Origin: the human T2T-CHM13v2.0 reference genome, Homo sapiens
Strand: one strand, 5' to 3'
Assembly: GCF_009914755.1 (NCBI RefSeq)
Contig: NC_060938.1
Length of the DNA: 64,000 bases
Of this stretch, positions 13,189-26,883 are shown piece after piece (position 1 is the first letter of the stretch; each line of letters starts with the position of its first letter). A program made the position numbers and the translations under genes. The notes under the pieces were generated by a model. The model ran no database searches. It saw nothing but the letters and a program-made list of their open reading frames with translations, and was not told the DNA's origin.

Positions 13189-13653
13189 CTAGACTGTGAG
13201 CTCCCTGAAGGCAGAGACTGACTTCTGTTGTAACTCCAGCTCCTATTACAGTACATGGCACAGAGGATGAGATTAATAAATATCTGCTGAATTAAACTGA
13301 AGCCCAGTTGCAATCTGGAAGGAAAAGGTTAAAGTAATTAAATTCTCCTGTCAGCTAGGCAACATATTGTTGCCACTGCCTTTTCTTTCTTGCATCCTCC
13401 AGAAAGCACATACATATACAACATTTTAGTTTCTGCCAAAGGACCGATGTAAAATGACTGCAACTGTAAGTATGAATGGCACTGATTCTCAGAGTCTCCT
13501 TTCCCATGGGACTGTGGGAGGGACAAAACCAAATGACTCAACACTAATTAGACTGCTTTATGGTGGCCAAATGAGTGGGAGAGAAATGAGGAATGAAAAA
13601 GTCTGGGGAGAATCCCTGGGTACCTCTGTGATGAACAATTAAGCTTGACTTAC

Positions 13654-13784
13654 CAGAATCTGCTCGAGGAAGTGTTTGTTGTTGCTCAGGCAGTAGAAAT
13701 AGGCCACTTTCCAAGCCTCGGCTGGGTTGGGATTGGAGAACAGGGCTAGCATTGCCCGCTCAGGATCTAGATGATCCGGTGAGA
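13654..13784 (-). CDS. ZFYVE26: Spastizin exon 6 (131 nt)
   Basis: gttcag| SPDHLDPERAMLALF...HFLEQIL |gtaagt. Confidence 0.95.
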
Positions 13785-14039
13785 CTGAACATCAAACAAG
13801 ACGGTTATCAGGAAACCAAGAGCTCTTCTTTTCTAAGCTAGAGCCCATTTGAACAACCAAGTGATGTGAGAGTTTGCTCTTTTAAAAACTTAGGCTGGGT
13901 TTTCCATACTTTATCTTAGGGTATCTTAAAGAATCTTTACTTCCCTTGGGAGCTTCAGAAAAGCTGTTTCTTGCTATTGCTATTACTTTATTTTTTTTCC
14001 TCCCAACACCTCTATCTTACACTAGAAAACCTATACTTT

Positions 14040-14352
14040 TATTTATTTATTTATTTTGAGATAGGGTCTCACTCTGTCATGCAGGCTGGAATACAGCGGT
14101 GCAAACACGGTTCACTGCAGCCTCCACCTCCTGGGCTCAGTGATCTTCCTGCCTCAGCCTTCCTGCCTGTGGTTCAAGTAGCTTGAACCACAGGTGTGTG
14201 CCACCACGCCTAGCTAATTTCTAAATTTTTTTTGTAGAGATGGGAACTCACTATGTTGCAGAGGCTTATCTTGAACTCCTAGCCTCACATGATCCTCCTT
14301 GCCTTGGCCTCCCAAAGTACTAGGATTACAGGCCTGAGCCACCATGCCAGGC
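14040..14352 (-). mobile_element. Alu (AluJ-like)
   Basis: Reverse Alu consensus. Confidence 0.88.
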
Positions 14353-14506
14353 CTGTACTTTTACGAAAGAGCATCGCACCCATTTTTGCTTAGCCTCCCC
14401 TATTAGATGTCGTGAGCCACACGGAAGGCAGCAGTCTAGAGCCTCCAGCAAGGCTGGGCATACTGGAATTACTGAAACTAAAGGAGCAGCAGCAAAGGGA
14501 ACACAC

Positions 14507-15029
14507 CTTTTCCCGAGGCTGTAGCCCTCGGTGGCTTTTCTGTGACCTTCTCTGCATAGGTATGGCCATACAGGGACAGCAGGCCCCGGCTGGCCTTGTG
14601 CAGCAGGCAGCTGAGCAGCCGCTCCTCCCGCAGGGGACTCCCCTCGGTCCTGCAGGCCTCTAGTAGTTCCTCACACAGGAGATGCAACTCAACCCCAAGT
14701 GGTTCTGCGGGGCAACGCAGAGTCCGCAGGGCTCCATAGATGGCATCGACTACCCCAGGGGGCACCGAATCAGGGCCCTGCAAAGCCCGCAATGCCTTTC
14801 GAATGAGGTCCACCAGTGCATTCTGCAGAGGCCAGTGACAGAGGCCAGTACCGTCATCCTCCTCAAGCAGGAGCTCCAGCAGGGCCTGTGCTGGCTGGGG
14901 AGACTGCCTCAGGAGATCCCAGAGCACAGAGACAGCTTCGGAGCTGAGACGAGGAGTCCAGCTCTCCCTCCTTGGATTTCCGTCAGGCACGTGGCCTACT
15001 GCACCCTGTGTTAAGGTCTCATACAGCTC
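14507..15029 (-). CDS. ZFYVE26: Spastizin exon 5 (523 nt)
   Basis: tttag| ELYETLTQG...PPRATASGK |gtgtgt; overlaps ORF 14478..14990. Confidence 0.96.
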
Positions 15030-16308
15030 CTAAATAGAGGATGAAGAAAAGGATGGGTGGTGGGCATGCCTGGAATGGTATCACTTGTGTGCCTTCATGC
15101 TTTCCTCTTTTTCAGTTTACTTATATAATAGTGGCGGTAACAAATACTTATGTCGTAGTTACTATGTGTTAGACATTGTTCTAAGGCCCTTTACACAGAA
15201 AAATCAAATTAATCCTTACAATAGTCTTCAGAGGAAGACACTACTATTACTCCTATTTTATAAATGAGGAGTTGGAGGCTGGAAGAGATGAACTCAATTG
15301 CCCAGGGCCTCCATGCTCCAGCTAGTCCCACCTCACTGCCTCCAAAATGTGTACTGGTGATGTGAATCAAGGTCTGCCAACTCACAGACCAGGTAAGACA
15401 TTATGCCCATCTAAAGGCATTTACATTCAATTTTTAAAAGAATGTCAGTTTTTAACCCTTGATCTAAATCCCAGCCATGCTTTCAGTCCATTCTTTATCC
15501 TACTACAAAAACCTTCTCCAATACCTCCAACCCATACAACTTCAATGTACTTAAAATTAGTACCATATGATTTAATACATAATAGTGTGTGTTTTAGTCC
15601 TTCTTCCTCAGTCACCTAAAAGCAAGAACCTCTAGAGCCTATCCTCTGTTTGCAGGGTGAGGGTACAGGGAGAGAAGGGGGTGAGAAGTAGGTTATTTCC
15701 CATACTTAAGCATCATGCCTATAGATGGTACTCAATGATGCCACTTCATTAACTGCCTCAGAGATGGACTGCAAGACCATGAGTCCTTTACCTAATACAA
15801 GTGAAAGTCCCTCTCTTAAATCCTACTGTAAATATGTCTTTAATTAACTGGTGTCAGGGTCATTAAAAAAATAAGTATTGGGCCTCAGAGCATATCTCAG
15901 GCACTAAAGTAGTAACTGATACATGCTATAACGATATAATTAAGACTTAATTTGAATCTACCCCCAGAAGGTTGTTATGAGAATTAACTCTAACACATTC
16001 AGTGACCCTGTTATAGAAAAGATAGTCAACGAATACTAGTTCCTTGTCCCCTTCATATTCCCTGCTATCTACTAATAAATCTTTAATTCCCAGTTATACT
16101 TGGTACTTCTGGACAACCACATCAAAAATTCTAAAATCATATAAGTTTACCCTAACTCTAAACTCTCCTCAAAGGAGCTTCTGTGTTGCCTTGCCTGAGA
16201 ACAAAGTATGGGCAACATCTTGGAGACCTCTCTCTTCTGGGTCCATGGAAGCTAAGCTGCTTAAGTGACTGTCAACCCTGGGCAGATGGTACCAGGGCTC
16301 TCTCTCAC

Positions 16309-16398
16309 CTCGAGGATGTTCTCTGGAATGTCACCTTGGAGGTCTTCTGACAATAAAAGAAACTCAAGCTTTCTCCGGAAAACAACTGGGAGTAACTT
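16309..16398 (-). CDS. ZFYVE26: Spastizin exon 4 (90 nt)
   Basis: ttctag| KLLPVVFRRKLEFLLLSEDLQGDIPENILE |gtgag. Confidence 0.95.
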
Positions 16399-16505
16399 CT
16401 AGAAGAATCAAAAGAATGAAGCATAGAGATGAGATATATGTTTTAGTTAACAAATTATAATTAAATATTTCTGTCCAGTTAGTCTTATTTCTGCTATTTC
16501 TCTAA

Positions 16506-17187
<682 letters not shown>

Positions 17188-17964
17188 CAGATACTATTCT
17201 TTATAAACAAAAATAGCTAAACTTGGACATACACTTCTCTTAAAAACTAATACTTAAAGCCCACACTGATCAGCCGTAAGTTCCAAGGTTTGTTCATTTC
17301 ATTAACCTTTTTTGTCACTTGAGGTCTTTCCCCAAGAATCTCTCTTGTTGTGTTCAAAACACCCAGTTGTGGGTAAGCCTGGGAGGGTATGGCCCACATG
17401 ATCCTCTTTTGGTCCAAACCTCTGTTTTTGTCATTCACTATCCTTTGCATAGCAGTGAAAGAAGAACAGTATAAGGGGAGAAATCCAATGTTTATTAAAC
17501 ACTTATTATATGCCAGTACCTCACAGGTACTGTGTGCCATATTTTATTCTTAATACACTTAATTTCCAAATCAAACAAAACTGTGGCACATATTTGTATA
17601 TTTTTTACAAATAATCTTTACTAGAGGTAAAATGGTTAGGAAGCATTTTTCCCAATTTTTTCAAACAAAAAGGAAAAGGTGATCCCAGTGTTTGTTAATG
17701 AGATGTGCCATCAGAGAGGTCTAATATATAGAGACAAAGGCTCTGACTCTTCCTGCGCCTGCTTGTTTCACAATAACTTACCTTCACCTGGTCCCTAACA
17801 CGCAAATTGGAGTCTCCCCTTTTCCAGACACAAATAAAAATAGCAAGAGTCTGAGACTTATCCTGACAAACACTACCTTAAATATGAGACATCTGTCAAT
17901 CTTGCCTCTGGTTAAAGCTTCCCAAAGATAAGTTTTATTGGAAGGCAAGGAACACCTGCAGGGA

Positions 17965-18015
17965 TGTGTGTGTGTGAGAGTGTGTGTGTGTGTACAGCTG
18001 CAGGTGTGTGTGTGT
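17965..18015. repeat. Interrupted (TG)n microsatellite
   Basis: Visible TG runs. Confidence 0.85.
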
Positions 18016-18454
18016 ACATGAGTGAGGAGAGTTTAGAGCACAAGACCTAACTATCTCCATTCATGTACCATTCACCACATCAGAGGCTAACATGATCTAA
18101 TGTGTTCTTGGTCCAAAATCTTATTTCTTCTAACCATGTACTTCCCTAATATGTGCATCAAGGCCATGTGAATGCTTGTATAATGCCTGTGATTGGAAGC
18201 TGGTGGATAAAATTCATGCTGGGAAGCTGAGGATTAGTGCTTCTATTGAAGACTAACAGAAAAGAATAGATAAGATGTCTAGGACAGCAGATCCTTAATA
18301 GCCTGGCTAAGATTTTATTTAGAATCCTAAAGACTGAGTAGATTATACTTATTTTACTGCTGAAACTACTTTAAACATATTCAGGATCATAATTGACTAA
18401 CATTTATCTTCCTAAAATAGGCAAGAATTTGCTCAGCATTTCTAAGCAAGGATG

Positions 18455-20403
18455 TCATGCAAAAGTGGAACCAAAGACAAAATTAATTCTGGTGACCGAG
18501 AGGAGCAAAAATTTAAAAAACTGGCAAAATTATAGACATCTTAAAAGTAGAATTTGTGGTTTCTTAGTTTTAAGTCCATCTGGGCTAAAAAAGTAGTGTT
18601 AAGGCAGAAAAAGCAGAGGATTGAGGTCAGAAGATTTTGGTTTCAGCAGCAGTTCTGTCAAATAACTTTACGGTTACAAGAGCAAGGCATGTTCAATGTA
18701 GAAAAATTGAATATACAAATAAGTAAACTAAAATATGTTATATATATATAAAACATATGTATGTCCAGTTAGTCTTATTTCTGCTATTTCTCTAAGATAA
18801 AGTGTTTTATCCTAGAGAGAGATATGTAACATATATGTTATATTTTAGTGCAATATAATATATATAACATATGTTAGTTTGCTTATTTGTATATTTAATT
18901 TTGTAATTTTACAAATTTAATTGGTGTATTTAGTTACATATGAAATATATAATATATAACATATATGAAATTTATGATATATAACAAATATAAAATATAT
19001 GATATATAACATGTATTATATATGAAATATATATCACATATGAAATATATTACATATAACATATTATATATGAAATATATATTTTATATATATTCTCACT
19101 GAAGGAGAACAATTATGAAAACTGTGGTCTAAGGCCATTCATTCAGACCATTTGCTATGCACATCTCTATGCATGTATACCAAATGTACTTTTTTCTAAA
19201 CTGCCTTTTTTCCCATACAGCAGACCATGAACACTCTATGTTAGTGAAAACTCATTTGCCAAATACTTTTGAATAGTGGTATAGTATTTTACATATAGAT
19301 ATATTTCCATTTATTAACCTGTCCTATACTATGGACATGGGAGTTGTTTCAGTTTTCTTCTAATAGAAGTAGCATAGACGTGAACATTTCTGCAGCTAAA
19401 TCTTTGTATAATTGCTTACACATGGAGAGATACATCTCTGCAAGATTAAAAGGCAGAAGGCAAAAATGAATGGAGGAAAGGGAAAATAGAATCACTATTT
19501 CATCTAATAATTAAAAGGGAAGCTTTTGGCAAAAGGTGGGAACCTGGAAAAGGACAGGCAGCCAGTAAATTCCTAGATGATGAAGGCACCTTCAGGATAA
19601 TGACTGGACTTGGAAAACTACCCCAAGAATTCACTGGACGCCATGGTGCTTATATAGTTTTAAAATTCTATGAGGAACTAAAATAGTCCCACAACTGTTT
19701 AAATAAGCAAGTCATTGAAGCTTTAAAGACCAAATAATCTATCTGTGAACCTGGGAAAAACAAGAACGGGAAGTGGAATCCATCTCCTGACATAGTTGAG
19801 CAACTGTCTAGAAAATAAGCAACCATTCAGATATAAAGTAAGCAAATAGTCTCTACTGAGGGGAAAGTTAATTTGATTTGACAAATTCCATGTTTGTACT
19901 AGAGAGATCCCTTAATCAGTAACAATAGTTCTTTTTCTCTTTGAAGATACTATAGTAACTATAGGTTACTATTTTAGTTCAAGTTTTCTCTTTTAAATCT
20001 GAAACCATAGCCAACTCTTAATGATGCTGGGTTTCATTATGTTTCAATCTTGTTTTTCTTTCTTCTCGCTCCTACTAGTCTTTCTGTCATTTTTCTTTCC
20101 TAAACAACTGGCTAAATCCTGGATAAGAGATACATTCAGATTAGCAATTTCTGTTACTTTTTGACAGCTCTGTGAGGAACGATAAATATCATGCAAAAGT
20201 GGAACCAAAGACAAAATTAATTCTGGTGACCGAGAGGAGCAAAAATTTAAAAAACTGGCGAAATTACAGACATTTTAAAAGTAGAATTTGTGGTTTCTTA
20301 AAGTCCATCTGGGCTAAAAAAGTAGTGTTAAGGTGGAAAAAGCAGAGGATTGAGGTCAGAAGATCTTGGTTTCAGCACCAGCTCTGTCAAATAACTTTAC
20401 GGT
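18455..20403 (+). repeat. About 220-bp dispersed direct repeat (18455-18674 / 20189-20403)
   Basis: Near-identical sequence; both ORF-track entries share AKVEPKTKLILVTERSKNLKNW. Confidence 0.92.
18935..19092. repeat. AT-rich degenerate minisatellite (atatgaaatatat... units)
   Basis: Repeated tatgaaatatat / atataacat motifs. Confidence 0.75.
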
Positions 20404-21089
20404 GTGTCCTTGGGCCAGTCATTTCTAAGTTAGAGGTTCTTCACTTAAATCTCAAAGTCTGAAGTTCAATATGAAAATGTCTCAGAGTAATTCTTTTATA
20501 AGATATAAATTTCTGATAATTAACATACTTCTAAAAGGACTTTTAATGGAAGTTTATCTTTAAAAAAGGTAATTCCTTACCAGGTTTTTTTTTTCAATAT
20601 TAATTTGCTTACTTGTTTTTATATCTGGTAATTTTCTGTTCAATTCATGTGAATTATTAAACTATGAATTAATGGAATTTGAATCTATGAGATGTCATGG
20701 AATTAGGCTAGTTAAAATATGATTTTTGGAAGAAAAACCAAGTTTCAGCTCAGCCCATTCTCTATTACTTAAATGTTGAATAGATCCAAATGTTACAGAT
20801 TCATATTTTATTTGCTATTTTGTTACCTTCACTGAGTTTCCAAAAGTTCTCTTTAGGCACAAGACTCATGGTGGTATTTAACAAACAGTAATATATGCCA
20901 ATGTATATTAGTGCATTAATGAATGAATTTAGGTAAGGAGACAGCAATAAAAATTTAAGCCATTCTTTGAGAATGAGTATGATGAATTTAATGATAAAGG
21001 AAGTAACAGACAGAAGGGAAATCCCACAACTACTTTCAAGTTCTTCTCAGTCCTGGCCTCGGAGGAAAATTTAATATAAACCTACTTAC

Positions 21090-21168
21090 CTTTTCCCGGG
21101 CCAACCATTTCTCCAGTACAAGAAGCCAGACCCAGGCTACTCTTTGAGGGTTGATGTCCTGCCCACAT
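21090..21168 (-). CDS. ZFYVE26: Spastizin exon 3 (79 nt)
   Basis: tttcag| ... CGQDINPQRVAWVWLLVLEKWLAREK ... |gtaagt. Confidence 0.95.
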
Positions 21169-21340
21169 CTGAAAAAGGTAAAAAGAAAGACTTGTAAAAA
21201 AGAGTTTCTACTGATCTTTCATCTTTTGTCATCCAAGACAGATTTCATTGCTTATTCTGTTTTAAACCTGAACAGGCAAGACACTGCCCTAATGAGATAT
21301 TTTTAAATGTATATGACAGTTCAGTAAAACATTGGAACCA

Positions 21341-21676
<336 letters not shown>

Positions 21677-22873
21677 CTAGCAGCTTTCATAAAAAGCCTT
21701 AATCTCACCTCCACCTCCTTATCTTAGTTTAAAATAAAATAATATTCGAGAAAACCATAATAGCTAATACTATCTGAAGCATATTTTTAATACAGAAAGT
21801 GAATCAGACAGTCTTAAAAAAGGAACTTCATACAAATTTATTTTTAACTATATGCTAAAAACAGGACTTTAGGAATTCATAAGCCTTTCTTTGAAGTTAG
21901 GAATTTAGACGGTAACTGGCTAGATCTCAAATTAAAGGAGAAAAAGAAAAGGAAGGGATCACTTAAGTTTCTCCATCGTATATGTGCTAATACAATATGT
22001 AAACAGTATAGCATAACAGTCAAAGGAAGGAAAACCCAAGGAAAGACTTAAAACGGTACATTTGACTCCTACATCACCAGTGGTTACTAGCATCACCAGG
22101 AGGAACTTCATTGAAAATCAAGGATGGAGAACTGTGGTTGCCAGGGAACAAGGAGGGGTTGTTGTATAAATACAAAGAGGTAGCACCAAGGAGTGAGGGA
22201 ATTCTTTTGTGGTAATGGAACAGTTCTGATCCTTATTACAGTGGGATTACATGAATCTATATATGGATAAAACTGCATAAAACTACAAATGAAAAAATGA
22301 AGGCAGATTAAGAAAATGCTGAAAACCAAATAAACTCTGTAGTGTCATTTAAAGTAATGTGCCAATGTCAATTTCATGGTTTTGATATTGTACTACAGCT
22401 GTATGAGACGTCGCAATTGGGGCAGACTGGGAAAAGGATACGCTGGACTCCATTATTTTTGCAGCTTCTTGTGAGACTGCAATTATTTCGAAATAAAAAG
22501 TTTTAAGTAAAGCGACAACAATATTTTCAATCTCATAAGCAAGAAGAGAGCAGGGTTTGCTTTTTTGGAGGCAAAGAAAATAGTTTTCAATGCAGTTCCA
22601 CCATCTATATTAACGAGGATAAACAAGAAATGGCAGTTTCAGGCACACTTTGGCAGCCAGGCTTACATTCAGTTGCAGATGATAATCAAAAGCCAATATT
22701 GACTAAGTAATGGATGTATACTATAGAGGTAAAATTTCAGAGCACGTGAAATACACTGTGCCTCTGCTTATTCTTCAGAGGGTAGTTGAGTGGGGGCACA
22801 TTGACCAATGCCCAAATATTGAACCACATGTCTCTCACCCTGGGACCGTCTGGTAGGAAAAGAGATCCCTTAC

Positions 22874-23067
22874 CTCAGCAGATTTGGACACACCACCAAT
22901 GCCTGAAGTATGTCTTCTACCCTCTTTGGGATATCCCCTTGTCCCTCCTGTAGCTGAGGTACACATGCCTGTGCCAGCTCCCATTCTCCCCTCCGCAGGC
23001 ATTCGCAGAAAAATCCAAAAAGCTGCTTCTGCGAAGCAGCTTCCTCTTTTCCAAATGGATGATTCAT
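22874..23067 (-). CDS. ZFYVE26: Spastizin exon 2 coding part (c.1-194); exon begins at 23150
   Basis: ATG 23067-23065, MNHPFGKEE...CPNLLR; acceptor ttctag| at 23151, donor AG|gtaag. Confidence 0.96.
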
Positions 23068-23637
23068 TTTCCCAGCACAGAGTGCAGGGAGATACAAAGA
23101 AATGAGTTATGCCGAACACATTCTCAATGTTCTCATTCGCGGAGTACCTCCTAGAAACAACACAACGCCAGTGAGAAGAAACAGAAGGCACTGTATTAAG
23201 ACAAAGCAGCAACTACTGGTCCGCCTGGGAAAGGCGGGACTTGCTTGCCTAAGTATCGTTTTCAGTTTAATTTCCCACGTTACTTTTTGAAAACACTTTC
23301 TTCAAGGGGTGGATCCCATCTCTTCACGCGGATTCCTATATTTAATAATATTAATAGTCATATTTGCTCCGGGCGCAGACCCATAACTCTACGTCCGTAT
23401 TCCCTACTGAACGTTATGCCCAGTCTTGACTCCAAATCCCCAGGTGGTCGCCTCCTCAAGAATGAGAAATTCAGCAGGAACCTCCCTAGTTTGAGCCCTC
23501 TGTTAAGGCAGAGGATTGACGACCAGGAGACGAATCTGTGTCATAAGTGGAAAGCAGTGTGGGGGTGGGCCGCAGGGACGCTCTCTGCGGGGGTCGTGGA
23601 GAGGGGCCCCTCCCTCTCAGGGGTGTCTTACACTCAC

Positions 23638-23695
23638 CTGCTCCCGGCGCCCAAAGCAATAGAGCTCTCAGCGCAGCCATGTTTGAGCCGAGTCA
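23638..23695 (-). other. ZFYVE26: ZFYVE26 exon 1 (5' UTR)
   Basis: Consensus donor CAG|gtgagt at 23638/23637 in a CpG-rich region, downstream of CCAAT and E-box motifs; 5' end approximate. Confidence 0.8.
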
Positions 23696-23760
23696 GGTGA
23701 CAGAACCCACTCCGAACAGCGGTGGTGGGGGTGGTGACAAAGACTGAAAGCCCCACTCCT

Positions 23761-23765
23761 ATTGG
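23761..23765 (-). promoter_or_regulatory. CCAAT box of ZFYVE26 promoter
   Basis: ATTGG on +, about 70 bp upstream of exon 1, typical NF-Y position. Confidence 0.55.
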
Positions 23766-23808
23766 CTCAAGGCAGGGAAGATGAAAATTAAGTGCCATAT
23801 TTGTTTGA

Positions 23809-23818
23809 GTCACGTGAC
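23809..23818. promoter_or_regulatory. CLEAR/E-box palindrome GTCACGTGAC (TFEB/TFE3/MITF/USF type)
   Basis: Exact 10-bp palindrome about 115 bp upstream of ZFYVE26 exon 1. Confidence 0.75.
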
Positions 23819-24547
23819 GCCACCTCTCCGGGAGTAGGGAAAGCTAGAAAGCTCGGAAAGAGGAAATCAGCTACCTGGCTGCGGACCATCTCCCTCAATT
23901 GTGACAGCTCCGGCGCTCAATACTTTCAGTTCTGCATTCGGCCGAGCAGGTGGCAGGAAGAACTGTGACCCTGGATTTTTTTTTTTCTTCCACTCTCTTA
24001 TCTCCTTAACATGTGAAGTCAACATTTATTGAACGCCAACCAGTGATGGTGTTTTGCCAGGCGCGGGGGATACCCGGAGCTAGGAGAACTGGGTTCTCCT
24101 CCATTATTATTCTATCTACTGGGCTCTTTTGTTCCGGAACTCTGCGGTCTGAATTTCCATATTCTTCTGCTTCACTCCATTCATTTATTTGCACATTTAC
24201 CCTACAACTGTTAATTGAACGGTGTGCTAGGCTTTATTTTATTTTTTTAGAGACAGAGTCTCTCTGTCGCTGGAGTGCGGTGGTGTGATCTCGGCTCATG
24301 GCAGCCTCGAACTTCCTGGATCAAGTAATCCTTAAGCCTCAGCCTTCCTGTAGTAGCTGGGACTAGAGGCGCGCGCCACTACACCGGGCTTAGGCCCTAT
24401 TCTCTAAGTTGAGTAAATGGAGGTCCTTCTTCTCAAGGGAGATGCAGGCCAAAAATTAGGAGACGGTGGGCTAAATTATAAGACAGAAGTATGCATAAGA
24501 GATCAGAGAGCAAAGAATGAGCAAAGGCTTTTTCGCAAACACAATAA

Positions 24548-24893
<346 letters not shown>

Positions 24894-25377
24894 CTGAAAC
24901 CAACTCTTGAAGTAACGGCTTACTAGGTTTGCTCACCACAGCTGCCTTACACCAAGCCTTTTGTTTGGTTTCCCTGGTGTGCTTTAATCACAGACTCTCA
25001 GCTTTCCTCACTATGTGTGTTTCAGGTTTAGTAATTTCATTCAGCATTTCCCAAACTATTTAATCACCAAAGGGTGGTGAAAAGAGCAAGTTAAAACAAA
25101 CAAAACGTTTTCTTCCAAAAACTCTTCTGTGATTGGTGGATTGTCCTCGATTCCTGAGAAAAGTAACATGGCTTTCTGGCCCATTAAGGTTTTTTTTTTT
25201 TTTGAGGCAATGTCTGGCTCCTCTCACCTCAGCCTCCCAAGTAGCTGGGATCACAGGTGCCTGCCACCATGTCTGGCTAATTTTTGTATGTTTAGTAGAG
25301 GCGGGGTTTCGCCATGTTGGCCAGGCTGGTTTCGAAATCCTGAGCTCAAGTGATCTGCCTGCCTCAGCATTCCGAAG

Positions 25378-26107
25378 TGAAACCGCCTTTGCAAAATTAT
25401 AACTGAGGAAATTATGACAGTGAAAGAAATCAGACCTAACCGACTCTATCTTGCTTCTAACCGTTAAGCTGTCCTTGTTCATTCCTGGGCGTAGGCTGAA
25501 CTAACTTTGGGGAGGAATTCAGTTCATGGTTTGACTCTGAAACAAAATTGATAACAGCCCTTTCCGAAAAGACCCACTTCTTGCCTGGGGACCAGTCTGC
25601 CTTTGCAGGACTAACAAATTAGCTACAAGTTTAGAAATTACAGTTTAGAGGTCATGCAGCCTCTGGCTCCAAGAGTCTGAACCTCCCCAAATTGCTCCCG
25701 GGGGTGACATCACTATTGCAAGCCCTAAGATCAGTGCTTGAGATATTTTGTAGACCCTGCACTCCATGGATCAGCTGACACCACTCAGACCAGTAATTTG
25801 GCGCAACCAGTTTTGCCATCACACCCAGGAACAGAAGACATTAAGAAAACCTCACTTCGACCCCTTATGATTCCATCTCCAACCTGACCAATCAGCACTC
25901 CCCACTTCCTAAGCCCCTACCAGCCAAATTATTGGTAAAAACTCCGATCCGCAAATGCTCGGGACAACTGATTTAAGTAACAATAAAACTTCAGTCTTCC
26001 GCACAGCTGGCTCTGCGTGAATTACTCTTTCTGCATTGCAATTCCCCTGTCCTGATAAATCGGTTCTGTCTAGGCAGCTGGTAAGGTGAACCCATCGGGC
26101 AGTTTCA
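25378..26107 (+). mobile_element. Solo ERV1 LTR, LTR8 family (LTR8A-like), inserted into an Alu
   Basis: Starts TGAAACCGCCTTTGCAAAATTAT, ends ...TTTCA; AATAAA 25982-25987; 4-bp TSD gaag/aaag; Alu sequence resumes exactly on the other side. Confidence 0.8.
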
Positions 26108-26349
26108 AAAGTGCTGGGATTACAGGCATGAGCCACCGCGCCCAGCCTATTTTTTGTATTTTTTTGTAGAGGCGGAGGGGTGGGGGAGGGTGTCTCACTA
26201 TGTTGCCAAGGCTAGTCTCGAACTCCCAGGCTCAAGTGATCCTCCCGCCTCGGTCTCCCAAAGTGCTGAAATTACGGGCGTGAGCCACTGCGTCTGGCCC
26301 CTTTAAGCCATTGTGAAAAGTGATGATACACGAAAAAAAAGATTTCCAG

Positions 26350-26765
<416 letters not shown>

Positions 26766-26785
26766 TTAGGCTGATCATAGTATTA

Positions 26786-26805
26786 ACTACAATTCCCAGC
26801 AAGCC
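26786..26805 (+). promoter_or_regulatory. ZNF143/THAP11-type (SBS) motif ACTACAATTCCCAGCAAGCC
   Basis: Matches ACTACA-N3-CCCAG consensus about 90 bp upstream of RAD51B exon 1. Confidence 0.7.
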
Positions 26806-26837
26806 GCGGAGCCAACCTGGGCCTCTGCCGGCCTCTG

Positions 26838-26842
26838 ATTGG
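26838..26842 (-). promoter_or_regulatory. Inverted CCAAT box of RAD51B promoter
   Basis: CTGATTGG just upstream of exon 1. Confidence 0.55.
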
Positions 26843-26883
26843 ATACAGTAGCCAGAATGACGACTCAATCAGTGCTTCGGTTG

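Noticed and set aside
18393-20462. Two paralogous-looking small ORFs sharing AKVEPKTKLILVTERSKNLKNW
   Set aside because: Product of the local DNA duplication; non-ATG starts and frames diverge at an indel
23245-23747. 151-aa and 66-aa plus-strand ORFs at the ZFYVE26 promoter
   Set aside because: Non-ATG starts in GC-rich, stop-poor sequence; no recognisable protein
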